Shown: positions 12,353-24,400 of the stretch, one piece after another
Layout: every line of letters starts with the position of its first letter
Position numbering within the stretch: the first letter of the stretch is position 1
Source: Hyaloraphidium curvatum SAG 235-1
Lineage: Eukaryota; Fungi; Monoblepharomycota
DNA: 64,000 bases
Direction of reading: 5' to 3'
Assembly: GCA_025558095.1 (NCBI GenBank)
Contig: JAIVFI010000008.1
Span: 434,001-498,000, forward strand
Program-made: the position numbers and the translations under genes
Notes under the pieces: model-generated
Told to the model about the DNA's origin: nothing
The model's input: only the letters and a program-made list of their open reading frames with translations
The model's database searches: none

Positions 12353-13737
12353 ATGAAGGTCCTCGTTACGGGCGGCGCGGGCTTCATCGGTTCCCACACG
12401 GCCGAGGCCCTCCTCCGCCGCGGGGACGACGTCGTTATCGTCGACGAGGTCAACGACTACTATGATGTCTCGGTCAAACGGGAGAACTTGAACATAGCCT
12501 ACGATGTCGCCACGGAACAGGGCCGGAAGCTCTCGTTCTACAAAGCTGACATCTCCGACATGGCCGCCATGGATAGGATCTTTGACAAGGAGCGACCGGA
12601 CCTAATCTGCCACCTGGCGGCCCGCGCGGGCGTGCGGCCGTCCATCAAGGACCCGGAGCTGTACATCAAGGCCAACATCAACGGCACGCTGGTGATGCTG
12701 GAGATGGCCAAGAAGTACAACGTCTCCAACACCGTTTACGCCTCGTCCTCGTCGGTCTACGGCAAGAACGCCAAGGTGCCATTCGCCGAAGACGACAAGA
12801 CGGACGATCCCGTTTCGCCCTACGCCGCGACGAAGAAGGCCTGCGAGCTGCTCGCCACGACGTACAGCAACCTGTACGGCCTCAACGTCGCTGGGCTCAG
12901 GTTCTTTACCGTCTACGGCCCCCGCGGGCGTCCCGACATGGGTAGGTCTGACGTTTCTGTTTCTCATTGGCACATCTGACGTGCGGTATTCCAGCCCCGT
13001 ACATGTTCGTCGACCGGATCGCGCGCGGGATCCCGATCGACAAGTTCGGCGACGGCAGCTCGTGCCGGGACTATACCTACATCGACGACATCGTCGCGGG
13101 CATCCTCGCGGCGCTGGACAACCCGCGCAAGGCCGAGGTGTACAACCTGGGCAACAACCGCGTCGTTAGCCTAAACGAGTTCATCGCCACGATCGAGAAG
13201 GCGGTCGGCCGCAAGGCCATCATCAACCAGAAGGGGGACCAGCCGGGCGACGTGCCCATCACCTACGCGGACCTGACCAAGTCGGGCGCGATGCTCGGCT
13301 ACAACCCGAAGCACACCATCGAGGAGGGCATGGCCAAGTTCGTGGCCTGGTACTTCACCCGGGACGACCCTCGGCGGAGCGTGCAGCCCTCGCCGCCGCT
13401 CACGCCCTCGATGGCCGGCTACGACAGCGAGGACGAGGTTTCGGACTTTACCGAGGACGAAATGGACGACGGTTCGGCCATGTCGGACGTCTCGGAGGAC
13501 TATGCGGCGTCGTCTGCCAGCGAGGCGCTCAAGGGGCGCTCGGACGCGAGGTCGACCGTGTCCAACGGGTCCTACGCGACGCTGATCGCCGGGACGCCGC
13601 CTCCGGGGGCGCTGGGGCGGCATGGGGGCGCCGGTGGGCTGACTGCCGCGGACAATCTGGCGTTTGCGAAGCTGCGGGCCGCCAAACCGCAGGCGGTCAC
13701 GGTGGTGGGCGCGGCGGATGCCGCGGACGCGCAGTAG
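12353..13737 (+). CDS. UDP-glucuronate 4-epimerase-like SDR with acidic C-terminal extension, 2 exons
   Basis: VTGGAGFIGSH, HLAARAGVRPS, YASSSSVYG, SPYAATKKACE, LRFFTVYGPRGRPDM-APY, RDYTYIDDIV, QPGDV; one intron ~12942-12994. Confidence 0.85.
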
Positions 13738-13910
13738 CTGATGGTCGTGCTGGGTGTTGTATCTGAACCCGTGTGGAATTGCATCTGTGTGGCACTACAT
13801 CGGGGGCGAGCGACGACCGGTTTTGGGTTTTGGCGGCCGCCGAAGCGCCTCGTGGTCCAGAACCCGGAACGCCGCATCCCCTGCCCCAACGGACTCCAAC
13901 CCCCAAGCAG

Positions 13911-14107
13911 CCAAGGAGCGGCTGTTTGGGAAGGGCTGCCGCCATAGCCCGTGACCGGTGGCGATTCGCAGGCTTCCTGCGCATTCCGGACGGCGGCTGG
14001 GAAGAAGAGGACCGGGCCGCCGAATCAATCACCTAGGAGTCGCTCCGCAACCAGGGGCGGCCGGCGGCTCCATGGCCAGCGCACGGATCAGTGCCCGCTC
14101 ACACAGG
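13911..14107 (+). repeat. 197-bp direct repeat, copy 1 (upstream of cyclin gene)
   Basis: Matches 16295-16491 with three substitutions seen by eye. Confidence 0.95.
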
Positions 14108-14309
14108 TAGCTATCGGAGTCGTCGGCAAGCCAGCACGCCGAGTTGCGGGCCGCTCCGATCGGCCGGGAGCGCGATGCATGCGTTGATCCATCCATTTTG
14201 GCTTCCTGGGCCCACCCACGCAATTGAATTTGACTTCGGGCGACGACGCCTTGCACTCATCGCCTCTTTCGCCAACTTCCTTCCGTCCCGGCCGCACCGA
14301 GCAGCGGCC

Positions 14310-15486
14310 ATGGACATCGACCCGCCCGCCAAGCGGAAGCGCGAGCCGGACGAGCCGGCCGCGGGGGCGGACGCCGCCGACGCCGCGCGCGGTGGCCGGC
14401 CGCCGGGGGCGCGCGGCGGCCTGCTGCGCGCGGCCGGGCTGCCGGTGTCGCCGCCCGTCGACGGCGCGAACCTCGACCTCGCAGAGGGCCTGATAGGTGG
14501 GGAGGCGCCCCCGCCGTGCCATCCCCGCTGACCCGTCCGCAGACGTGGCGTGCGACCTGCTGCACGTGCTGTTCCCAAACACCTCCGCCTTAAATGCAGC
14601 GCCCGCCGGCATCGGCGGCACCGTGGCCGACGGCCCCGCGCAGCACGCGCCGTTCCCGCTGCGCATGTTTGTGCAGGAGATGATCCGGCGCTCCTGCTCG
14701 TCGTTCGCGACATTCGAGCTCGCGCTGTTCTACCTCGTGCGCTCGGAGCCGAACATCCCCGCCGCTGTCGGCCAGCTGCAGCGCTTTGCGCCCCTGGTCG
14801 GCGACCACCTGGGCCCGCCGTCGCCGCCGGACGAGATCGACGCCGACCCCGGCGCGGAGCCGGCACGCTACCTGGCGTCGCCGCCCCTGACGCCCTCCTT
14901 CGCACTGCCGTCGCCCGGGCTCGTCGCCGCCGGCCGCCAGCCGCTCGACCGCGCCGCCGCCGTGCCGTTCGGCTCAATGACCCCCCGCCTCCGGACCGTC
15001 TCGGGCCCCGCGACGCTGTCGCAGGACCCCACCAACCTCAAACCCCTGACGCATCCGTCGCACTGTGCCCGGCGCATGCTGCTCGCCTCGCTCGTCGTCA
15101 GCTGGAAGATCCTGCATGACAAGACCTTTTCCTCGCGCGCATGGAGCAAGATCACCGGGCTGACCGCATCGGAGATCTCCAACAACGAGATGATCTTCCT
15201 CCGCGACCTGCTGCGCTGGGACATGTTCGTGGACCGCAACCTCTTCTGGAACTGGTCTTCGGAGCTGGAAAAGGCCGCGTGGGGCGCCGCGCAGATGCGC
15301 GAGGTCCGCAAGGAGAAGCGCGAGTGCCGCCCCGCGGAGCAGGCGGGGATCGTGCACCGCGCCGATGCGGACATGGACTCGATGCTCGCGCAGATCGACG
15401 ACGGCTCGGTGCGCAACTACTCGGCCTCGAACCTCGTCTACTTCCTCCCCGCTTACCGCATGACTCGGGCCGCGTCGGTCCACTAG
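14310..15486 (+). CDS. Pho85-type cyclin (Pcl5/Clg1/Pas1-like), 2 exons
   Basis: LRMFVQEMIRRS...LALFYL and CARRMLLASLVVSWKILHDKTFSSRAWSKITGL...EISNNEMIFL...W; intron 14497-14542. Confidence 0.85.
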
Positions 15487-15767
15487 CCACGCGGGAACCC
15501 CCTCGGACTCTTGCATGTGTGCGGCCCGGGTTTCCGGCCGCTGCACCTTGGAACTGCAATGGAACTGTGGAACTGGCAGCAGCATTAGTGGCACTCCTCG
15601 GATACTGTCTCCACCCCAGCATCGTCTGTACATAGCTTAGAGACTTAGATGTACCTTTGTGATGCGCCTCAATGGAGGCATTCTGCCATGATCTGTGTTT
15701 GATGCGGGTTGCCGTCAAGCCGTGTGTGATGGACGCCGGCGGTCACTCTATTGCGAACGGTGTACAG

Positions 15768-16283
15768 GCAGCACAGACCCATGACGGCCTCGCGGGCACT
15801 GTCGCTACTTGTGCCTTCGCACTGGCGGGACCGGCCGCCGCGCCGTCATGTGGGCGCGTTGCGGCGCGGGCGACCGCGGTAGCGGGGCGCTTTTCGTGGT
15901 CTCCCACGCCCGCTCCCCGAACAAAGCTCGCGCCGTGCGCTTTCCTCGACGTTGTTATCGTCGTCGACGCGTTTTGCACGCGTATGCTGGGACCGCGCCG
16001 TGGAGGCGCGACCACCGGCTGACGTTCACGCGCGGTGTCCTCTGGATCAATTCTCCCACGAAATCCCGCACTGGGCCTGCGGCTCCATGAACCCGCACTG
16101 AGAGTTCATTGGCTTGGCGCCCAGAATGCTGGACGTACGCGGTGGCCTGCGGTCGCGCACATGGGTCGCTTTCGGGTCAACGGCGAACCAGGGGCAGCCC
16201 ACATCTACCCCTCCCCAACGACGGAACCAAGCGGATCGCGGGCCAGCGAGCCAGCCAGGGGACCGCTGACGGAGCACTTTCAT
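15768..16283 (+). pseudogene. Degenerate unprocessed 5' duplicate of the downstream L-type lectin gene
   Basis: Collinear similarity to ~16698-17400 including intron 1, e.g. cacgaaatcccgcactgg vs cacgagatcccccactgg and aacgacggaaccaagcggatcgcgggccagcg vs aacgacggttccaagcggattgcgggccagcg; indels, a stop codon and an internal deletion. Confidence 0.8.
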
Positions 16284-16294
16284 CCCTAGAAATC

Positions 16295-16491
16295 CCAAGG
16301 AGCGGCTGTTTGGGAAGGGCTGCCGCCATCGCCCGTGACCGGTGGCGATTCGCAGGCTTCCTGCGCATTCCGGACGGCGGCTGGGAAGAAGAGGACCGGG
16401 CCGCCGAATCAATCACCTAGGAGTCGTTCCGCAACCAGGGGCGGCCGGCGGCTCCATGGCCAGCGCACGGATCAGTGCCCGCTCGCACAGG
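16295..16491 (+). repeat. 197-bp direct repeat, copy 2 (upstream of lectin gene)
   Basis: Near-identical to 13911-14107 (offset 2384). Confidence 0.95.
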
Positions 16492-16715
16492 CATCTATTG
16501 GATGTTCATAAACGGCCCACGGGCCGTAGTATCGCACACCTGCTGAGCTTCCGTGAAGCTTCCAGCACTAAAATGAATAGAATCCGTCTAGATTCCCGCA
16601 TCATTTTCTATAGCATAGAAACCTATTGTCTTTTGTGGTGCGCCTCAGGAGGAGTTGGGGACGCCTTCTATCCACCGTGATCGCGCGCGAAACGACTCCA
16701 GCAGCACAGACCGCG

Positions 16716-18523
16716 ATGGCGGCCCTCGCGGCCCTCGGGGCCCTTGCCGCCACGTGGGCCTTGGCGCTGGCGGGCTCGGTCGCTGCTCAGCCGTATGCGG
16801 GCGCCTCGGCGCGGGCCAGGATGGCTCAGGGGTATTCCAACGACCCGTGGTGCGTGGCCCGGCCCCCGTTCACCGAACCGAGCTGACGCCGACCGCTTCC
16901 ACGACGCCATCATCGTTGCGACGCGTTTTGACGCGTCTGCAGGGACAACGTGCCACGGAAGCACGACTACAAGCTGACGTTCAAGCGCCCCTTCTTCCTC
17001 TACAACCACTCACACGAGATCCCCCACTGGGAGGCCTACGGCTCCGTGATCCCGCACTCGGAGTTCATTCGGCTCACGCCGAGCGTGCCGAACCTGCGTG
17101 GCGGCCTGTGGTCGCGCCTGCCGAACCCGCACAAGCAGTGGCAGGTCGAGCTCGCGTTCCGCGTGGACGGCCGATCCTACATGGGCGGGGACGGGTTCGC
17201 GCTGTGGTACACGAAGGAGCGGGTGGAGGTCGGCCCGGTGTATGGAAACCGCGACGCCTGGCACGGACTGGGGGTCATCTTCGACACTTCGGACCCCACC
17301 GAGAACCGCGCGACTCCGTACATCTACGCGGTCTACAACGACGGTTCCAAGCGGATTGCGGGCCAGCGGGCGACCCAGGGATCCGTCAACGGCGCCTGTT
17401 TTCGGGACTACCGGAACCTTGGTGTCAAGACGTGGGCGCGGCTCACCTACGCGAACTCCACCTTGAGGCTGGACATCGACATGAAGGGCGGCGGGAAGCA
17501 CTACGTCGAGTGCTTTACGTCCCCCAGTTTTCCGGATCTGCCGACCAACTTCTACTTTGGGTTGACGGCGCAGACGACCGCACGCGCCGCTGATGATCAC
17601 GATATATTCGCATTTGAAACCTACGAGGCGTACCCTCCGGGATTGGATCCGAGCAAGGTTCGTCCATTTTGCCGCTTTACGAAGGAGTTGGCCTCATGGT
17701 TGTCAAATAACAGCTGCCGAAGCGGCCTTTCGAGGAGGACCACGAGAAGAAGGGCCAGGCGTTCAAGATGGATCCTGACGTGGAGAAGAGGCTGCAGGAC
17801 ATCGAGGTCCAGGACGACGAAGGAGACGGTTGGAGCGGCGACGAGGAGCCCGAGGCGCTCACGCCGCAGCTCGCCAAGACGATCCAGGAGACCCAGCTGA
17901 AGATCATCGAGAGCCTCGTGGGTTAGCGCGAATCGTTGGTGGCATTCACTGCAGCTGACACACGGTCCCAGAACGCCCTGCACAGCTTCGTCGCCGGTGC
18001 GCCGCACCTCGCGACCCGCGGGGCGCCGGCCGGCGAGGGCGGGGCCAGCGGCGGGGCGCCCAACATCAACACCGCCATCCTGGAGCACAAGATCGACGAG
18101 CTCAGCGGCAAGCTCGCGCAGACGGAGAACGAGCTGCGGCAGGTCCGCGAGCTCGTGGGTGGCAACGCGCGGAAGCTGGACGGGATCGCGTCGCGGCCCG
18201 GCGGTGGCGGGCCGCCGGCGGGCGCTGGCAACATGGCGGAGTGCCAGAGGATGCTGTCGGAGATCCAGGGCACGCTGAGGAGCATTGGGGTAGGTGCCGG
18301 CCAGCATTGGTCGGGTCACGGCGCTAACAATTGGTCCGTGCAGTCGCAGGCGAGCTCGGCGACGTCGAGGATGGACGAGCGGCACCAGCAGCTGGCGGAA
18401 AAGACTTCTTCGCTGACGTGGTACGCCACCGTGTTGGGTGTCGTGCTGTTCCAGTTCGCCCTGTCGTGGGCCTGGAGCGTCGTCAGGGGATCGAGGGCCG
18501 AGCGCGAGAAGAAGTTCATCTAG
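16716..18523 (+). CDS. L-type lectin cargo receptor (ERGIC-53/EMP47/VIP36 family), multi-exon
   Basis: Signal peptide; IRLTPSVPNLRGGLWS, GGDGFALWYT, GLGVIFDT, YFGLTAQT...DDHDI; coiled coil, TM helix, C-terminal KKFI* (KKFF-like). Confidence 0.88.
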
Positions 18524-18585
18524 CGACAAGGCTGACTGTATCTTGGAAAGAACAGATACCCCTACAAGAGCCCCTGCGGTTCGCG

Positions 18586-19422
18586 TCACACGATCTTGTG
18601 CTTGTCCCACAGCTTCGAGAAGGCTAGCCGCGAAGACCGTCAGGAGGAGGGCGTTTTGCGGTCGGGAGCGTACCCACCGAGCACACCGCTGATGAGCGCG
18701 CTCCATGCTTGAACTCGGTCCCCAAATCCGTCAGCATACAGAGCCGCATTAGGCCACACGTCCACCGAGCAAAACGCTGCGTCCGCAAGCAGTTTGTAGA
18801 GCGAGAGGTCCAGCCAGAAGCGCTTCCGCGCCAGGTCCTCCAACGCGGCGGCGCGCGACGACGACGAGTCGCCGTTCTTGCCGATGCGCGCGCTCTCGGT
18901 GGCGAGGCGCCGATCGACGGCGCGATAGTCCGCCCGGTTGCCGTTTATGTCTATCAGGATGCACGAGAACCAGAGGCGCGCCGAGATGGGCGAGAAGGTC
19001 CTGTCCCACCACTTGTCGAGGAAGCCAATCTTGGACAGGCAGCAGAAATCGTCCGAAATGTCGTTAAAGATGCACAGCACCGAGTTGAGGAAGGCGAGCC
19101 GCGCCAGCGTCCGCGGCTCGCCCTCGCCGTCCATGAGCGGGGCGGGGTCCTTGACGAAGCCCCAGAACGCCTCGAAGGACTCGACGTAGTGGCCCAGCCG
19201 CAGCACCTTGCGCGTGATCGAGAACTGCGAGATCAGCGCCTGCATGCGCGGCAGCAGCGCAGCGTTCTTTTCGCGGGCGGCGGTCGAGGCACCGAGGACC
19301 TCCAGGATTGCGACGCGCATCGCGTACTGGATCTGTTTGAGCACCTTGTCCCGGCCATCGGTGATCAGAATGATCCGTTTCAGGGACAGCAGGGCCTTTG
19401 CGGCCCGCTCCGCCGAGTCCAT
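18586..19422 (-). CDS. PEX11: Peroxisomal membrane protein PEX11 family, 2 exons
   Basis: DGRDKVLKQIQY, FSITRKVLRLG, NDISDDFCCLSKIG, SARLWF, KLLADAAF; last exon AFSKLWDKHKIV*. Confidence 0.82.
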
Positions 19423-19527
19423 CGCCGGGAAAGCGGTCGGAGTTCAGGGCTGTTGATCGCGTCGGACGCGGGCCATCACACCGCTATCTGCGCGCCTGAT
19501 CCGGCCGGCCCCGTTCAACGCGTTGCA

Positions 19528-21853
19528 ATGTCGCACTCGCGGTTCTTCGACCTGCGTGCGGCCGAGTACCCGATCGCCACGCCGACGCCGTCGCCGGGGC
19601 CGCCGTCCCCGTCGTCGGCCGATGGCGCCAGCGCGCCCCGCCCGCACTCGACGGGTCCGGTCTCCGTTTCCGGCCACAGAACCCATCCTCAAGCTGCCTA
19701 TCGCACAATGCTCGCGCACCCGTCGGACCGCGCCGCCACCCCGTCGCTGCCGTCGCCGCCCACGCGCCCGGACTCGTCGGGCTCGGACTCGCCCGCCGAG
19801 CGCGACAACAAGCGCATCGCACGCGACCTGCTCGAGAAGCGCAACGAGGTCGGCCCGAAGCTCGTGATCTTCATGGTCGGCTTGCCGGCTCGCGGCAAGT
19901 CATGTGCGTACCCGATCGCCGGAGGGCCGACCAGATCGCGCTGACGCGTTCCCCCCAGACATCTGCCAGAAGCTCAAGCGCTACCTGTCGTGGATGGGCT
20001 TTCGGACAAAGGTCTTCAATGTCGGCAGCCGCCGCAGGCAGGTCGCGAAGGAGGAGATCGCGACCGCCGAGATCCTGGAGCAGGTGGAGGAGGTGCTCAA
20101 GGAGCAGGACGAGCGCAGAAGCGTCGCCAACGGCGAGCCCGCGGCCGGCCTGCCCCCACCCGCCGACCCTGCTTATGCGACCGTGGACGAGCCTGAGTCG
20201 GAGATTTCCTTCGAGCCCCTGAACCTGGACGGCGGCCGGCGCCCGTCGGCCGCGGACTCGCACCGCAGCTCGGGCCCCATCTCCCCCGGCTCGCGTCGCG
20301 CGTCGGTGGCCACCTCCGAAGGTGCCGTTTCCTCAAAGAGCGGCAAGACGCCCGTGCGCTCGCGCACAAAGTCGGGCGCCAGCATCGCCGTCCGCCACGG
20401 GACGGACAACTCGGCGCACCTCACCGCCCACCACGACGCGTCCTTCTTCGACCCCAAGAACCAGGAGGCCAACCGGAAGCGGGAGGAGATCGCCATGGAG
20501 ACCCTGGAGGAGATCCTGGAGTGGCTCAACAACGGCAACGGCAAGGTTGCCATCCACGACGCCACCAACACCACTCTCAGCCGGAGGTCAGCCGCTCATC
20601 CCTACTTGTTCCCCCTTCCAGCACTGACGCAAGGGCCCGTTCCTTAGACGCGCGCTCGTCGAGCGCGTGCGGCAGGAGGCCAACGTGCGCTACATGTTCG
20701 TCGAGTCCGTGTGCTCGGACCCCGAGATACTGGCGCAGAACGTCAAGATGAAGCTGCAGTCGCCCGATTACGTCGGGATGCCCGAGGATCAGGCCATTGC
20801 CGACTTTACCGCCCGCATGGCCAACTACGAAAAGGCGTACGAGGCGATCGGGGAGAGGGAGGAGAAGGAAGGCATCAGCTACATCAAGATCGAGAACGTC
20901 GGCAAGAAGGTGACGTCCTTCAACGTCAGCGGCTACCTTGCCGCGCAGTGCGTCCTCTACCTCATCGTGGGTGGTCTCCCGCTGCCTCGCTCCGCAGCGC
21001 TGACCCGCTGCCAAACAGAACATGCACATCAAGTCCCGCTTCATCTACCTGACCCGCCACGGCGAATCCCAGTTCAACGTCGAGGGCCGCGTCGGCGGCG
21101 ACCCGCCCCTGACCGCCGCAGGGCGACAGTACGCCGCCGCGCTGTCGCGCTTCTTCCTCAAGAACCACCCCCCGCGGGACGTCCCCATCCACGACGAGCT
21201 GCCGGGCGACGAGGGCGCCAACGTCGTGCACATCTGGACGAGCAGACTCAAGCGGACCATGGAGACGGCCGAGTTCCTGGACGACGGATACGACGTGACG
21301 CCCATGCGGCTGCTCAACGAGATCTACTCTGGGATCTGCGAGGGGATGACCTACGTGGGTGGTTGACCGCGTTCGGCGCGCGCGCGCGCTGACCCCGCGG
21401 CCGCAGGACGAGATCCAGAAGGTCTACCCGAGCGAGTTCAAGCTCCGGCAATCCAACAAGCTCATCGGCCGCTTCCCCGGGGGCGAATCCTACCTGGACG
21501 TGATCGAGCGGCTACGGCCCATCATCGTCGAGCTGGAGCGCATGAGCCAGAGCGTGCTCATCATCACGCACAACGTGATCATGCGGACGCTACTTGCCTA
21601 CTTTACGGGAATGGTGGGATAGAAATCTGTGTCCTTTGGGTGATGGTGCTGATTGCCCGTGCAGGATCTCGTGGAGATGACGAATCTGGATGTTCCTCTC
21701 CACACCCTCTACCGCCTGGAGCCCAAGCCGTACGGCGTGGTGCTGCAGAAGTTCCGATACGATCCTACGGTGGACGAATTGGTGCCGGAGGATTCCGGTC
21801 CCAGCGTGGTGTCGAACCGGCCCGCCGGGTACGAGGCCGCCAAGGTTCCCTAG
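19528..21853 (+). CDS. 6-phosphofructo-2-kinase/fructose-2,6-bisphosphatase, multi-exon
   Basis: MVGLPARGKS, KVFNVGSRRR, AIHDATNTT, KLQSPDY, IYLTRHGESQFN, GGESYLDVIERLRPIIVELER, PLHTLY. Confidence 0.93.
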
Positions 21854-21961
21854 GCCCAGAACAGACGGGAAAAGTGGAATCTATGCCGCAGAATCATCGT
21901 ACAGGGAATCAGCCCCAAGCAAACGGGGGGGGTTTCATTATGGGGAATCAGCCTCGCCGCA

Positions 21962-23156
21962 TCACCAATCTCCGTGATCTCCTTTGCGCTCCCTCCTCGA
22001 CTCCTCGTACCGCCTCAACAGCGTGTTGATGTGGGCGTATTGCATGGCGATAGAGTTTGGGTCCTCCTGCAGAGCGTGCCCCTCCGCGATCCCTCCTTCC
22101 CCAGCGCCGCCTTCCGTGTGCGGGTGGTGTCGGATGTGCAGCTCGCCGAGTAACGAGTTCACGCCGGCGTAAGGCGAGGCAGGCGGGGTTTTGGGGCCCG
22201 CTGCCGGCCGGGTGGGAGTGGCACCGGGGGTCCGCAAGCTGATCTTGAAGCGTCCGGGGATCGGCGGTGACATGGGAACGGCAGAGTGGTAGCTTTGATC
22301 TTCTGAGCCTTCGCCAGCCGAGCCATGCGTATCTCTGTAGTTCGAAGCGGCGCTGATCGACTCGTACAGCGGCGCGGTGAGATGCGAAGCGTGCGCGCTG
22401 TGGTCCGAACTCGAGGTCGAGACCGATCCCGGTTGTTCTCTGGCTGCAAACTGACCCAGAGGCCTAATTGTGGGGTCAATGAGACTTTGGTAACGTGCGA
22501 CGAGCACCAACGTCCACTCACGCCTCGGGCCCGTCGTCCATCCGTACTCGCTTGAACCGCCCCAGCATCCCGCCTTCCCCAGGTCCCGGGTTTCGATTCG
22601 ACGGTCCCGGTGCTACATACGCAGATCCCGTGTCCGGCGCATGCTGCCTGCCGACGAGCGAACCGTGATCTTGCGCAAACGAACCCGCAGCGTAGAACGG
22701 CGGCGAAAGATCGTCCTCCATCATCGCATCGTCGGAAGCATGCACTCCCTGGCCACCGTGATCCATGTCTTCGTCGTCCTCCCACCCCCGTTTCCTCGCA
22801 TTCTTGGTTGCCGTGGGCTGAGGCGCCGAGTAGCTTCCGTTGCTCGCCGGAGGTTTCCACCCGGTCCACGCGTGCACGCCTCCGACTTCAGATCCGTTCG
22901 AGAAAGCAGATGGAGCGGTCTGCGACCCTGGCTGGCCCCCCAAAGAACCGTCCGGTCGGAGTGGGTGGTGCTGGGACGCAAGAATCCCAGATCTGTCGAG
23001 GGTTGACCCATCGGGCGCCCGCAAGCTGGGATCCGCAAAAGACTGTCCAACGCCCGAGAAGGTACGCTGTCCCGTTGCGGCTCCGGCCTCCTCATCCCGA
23101 AAGAACACGCGCGGGAGCGAGGGGTTGCTGCCCTCCCTCTCCTCCATGCTGAGCAT
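21962..23156 (-). CDS. Disordered hypothetical protein with NLS-like motifs and two C-terminal Y-x-x-[IV]N-x-LL helices
   Basis: Two ORFs joined by an intron (gtgagt donor at 22521, acceptor ~22440); RKRGW and FKRVR motifs. Confidence 0.6.
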
Positions 23157-23357
23157 CGCGCCCCCTCTACCGACGACGTCCGAGACAAAGCGGCACAGTC
23201 ATGGGGCGGGTCCGATTGCTCGTTGCCTGTCCGATTTCGTCCGGGCGTTTCGATGTCCGCGCGAGAGAGGTGCGGAGGGACGCTCGCGAGCGCGGACTTC
23301 AACCAGCAGGCAGAGTCGCGATCAAAGCTGCACGCCTTCTCCCACTTCCGATTCCCG

Positions 23358-23747
23358 ATGGCGAGCTTTCCCTACCATCTGTATGTCTTTCCCTGCTACG
23401 CATGTACCGATATGCTCTGACCGTCCGCTGGTGTTGGCGCGTCACGGCTTCCCACCCACGAAGCACTTTGGAGGTGCCCTATCCCTCCGCACGCGACGCG
23501 GAGGCCGCGTACGCGGCCCTGAATGTCGATCGCGAACACAAAGAGGACCTGCTCACGCGCAGAATGGAAGTCACCGGGCACGTGCTCAGGATGTGAGACC
23601 CTCGGGACGCGTCTCGTCTCCCGCGCCCTGACGAGCCTGCCCGTCAGCTCGTTCGCCTCGACAGACGCCAGGGTGCTACGGACATCGCTCAATTTCTTCA
23701 TGGAGCTCCTCATACTCGTCACCAAAACATTGGATACATTCGGCTGA
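23358..23747 (+). CDS. PCC1: EKC/KEOPS complex subunit Pcc1/LAGE3, 3 exons
   Basis: Spliced product MASFPYHLTLEVPYPSARDAEAAYAALNVDRE...LTRRMEVTGHVLRISFASTDARVLRTSLNFFMELLILVTKTLDTFG*. Confidence 0.88.
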
Positions 23748-24400
23748 CCGTGTCCGAAGTGGGGTATCTTTTGGCTCTTCGATTCGACTTGCCACGCTCG
23801 CCCAGCCTGGTTCCTGCATGCCACGGGCGCGAAGGTCAAGACGGCGCGGCATCTTCGCGGATCTGGAGGCCATGGGCGGAATACGGCTGTCAATGGGGCG
23901 AAAGGTTCCCGGGGCGCATCTGCCGACCTTCCATATCGACTTGGAAGGCCGCTCGGTGGTCATTTTCCGCTGCTTCATGGCCTCCCGCTCCGCCATTCGT
24001 TTCTGCCGGCCTCGTCAGGATGGCGACCGACGGTATTGGAGGCACGACCATACTTCAGCTTCGGCCTGCGACAACGGCTTCAGGGACATGCAGAAGGAGA
24101 ACTCCTCGCGTGCAGCGGAGCAGTCTTTGCGGGAACCGTAGCGGTAGAAGTGCCTGACTTGCGGCAAGATCGCTGGAACCACGCGTTACCGAGGAGCCGA
24201 CGGGAGGACGCTCGATGTACCGTAGCACAGTTGCATGCGATCGAATGCCTGAGCCCGGCTCATCAGCTCCGTCTCGAAGATGCGACAGAGTGCCCACCTC
24301 CCACGCCGAACAGAGATCGACCTTGTCGGTGCCCTGGGACGCGTCCGTCATTTGTGTTGGTTTCCCGGCGTCGCTAGCGTCCGTCTCCGCCCCCTCATCA

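Noticed and set aside
23750-24400. Possible small gene or ncRNA between PCC1 and HIS2
   Set aside because: No motif, splice pattern or RNA signature that I can support
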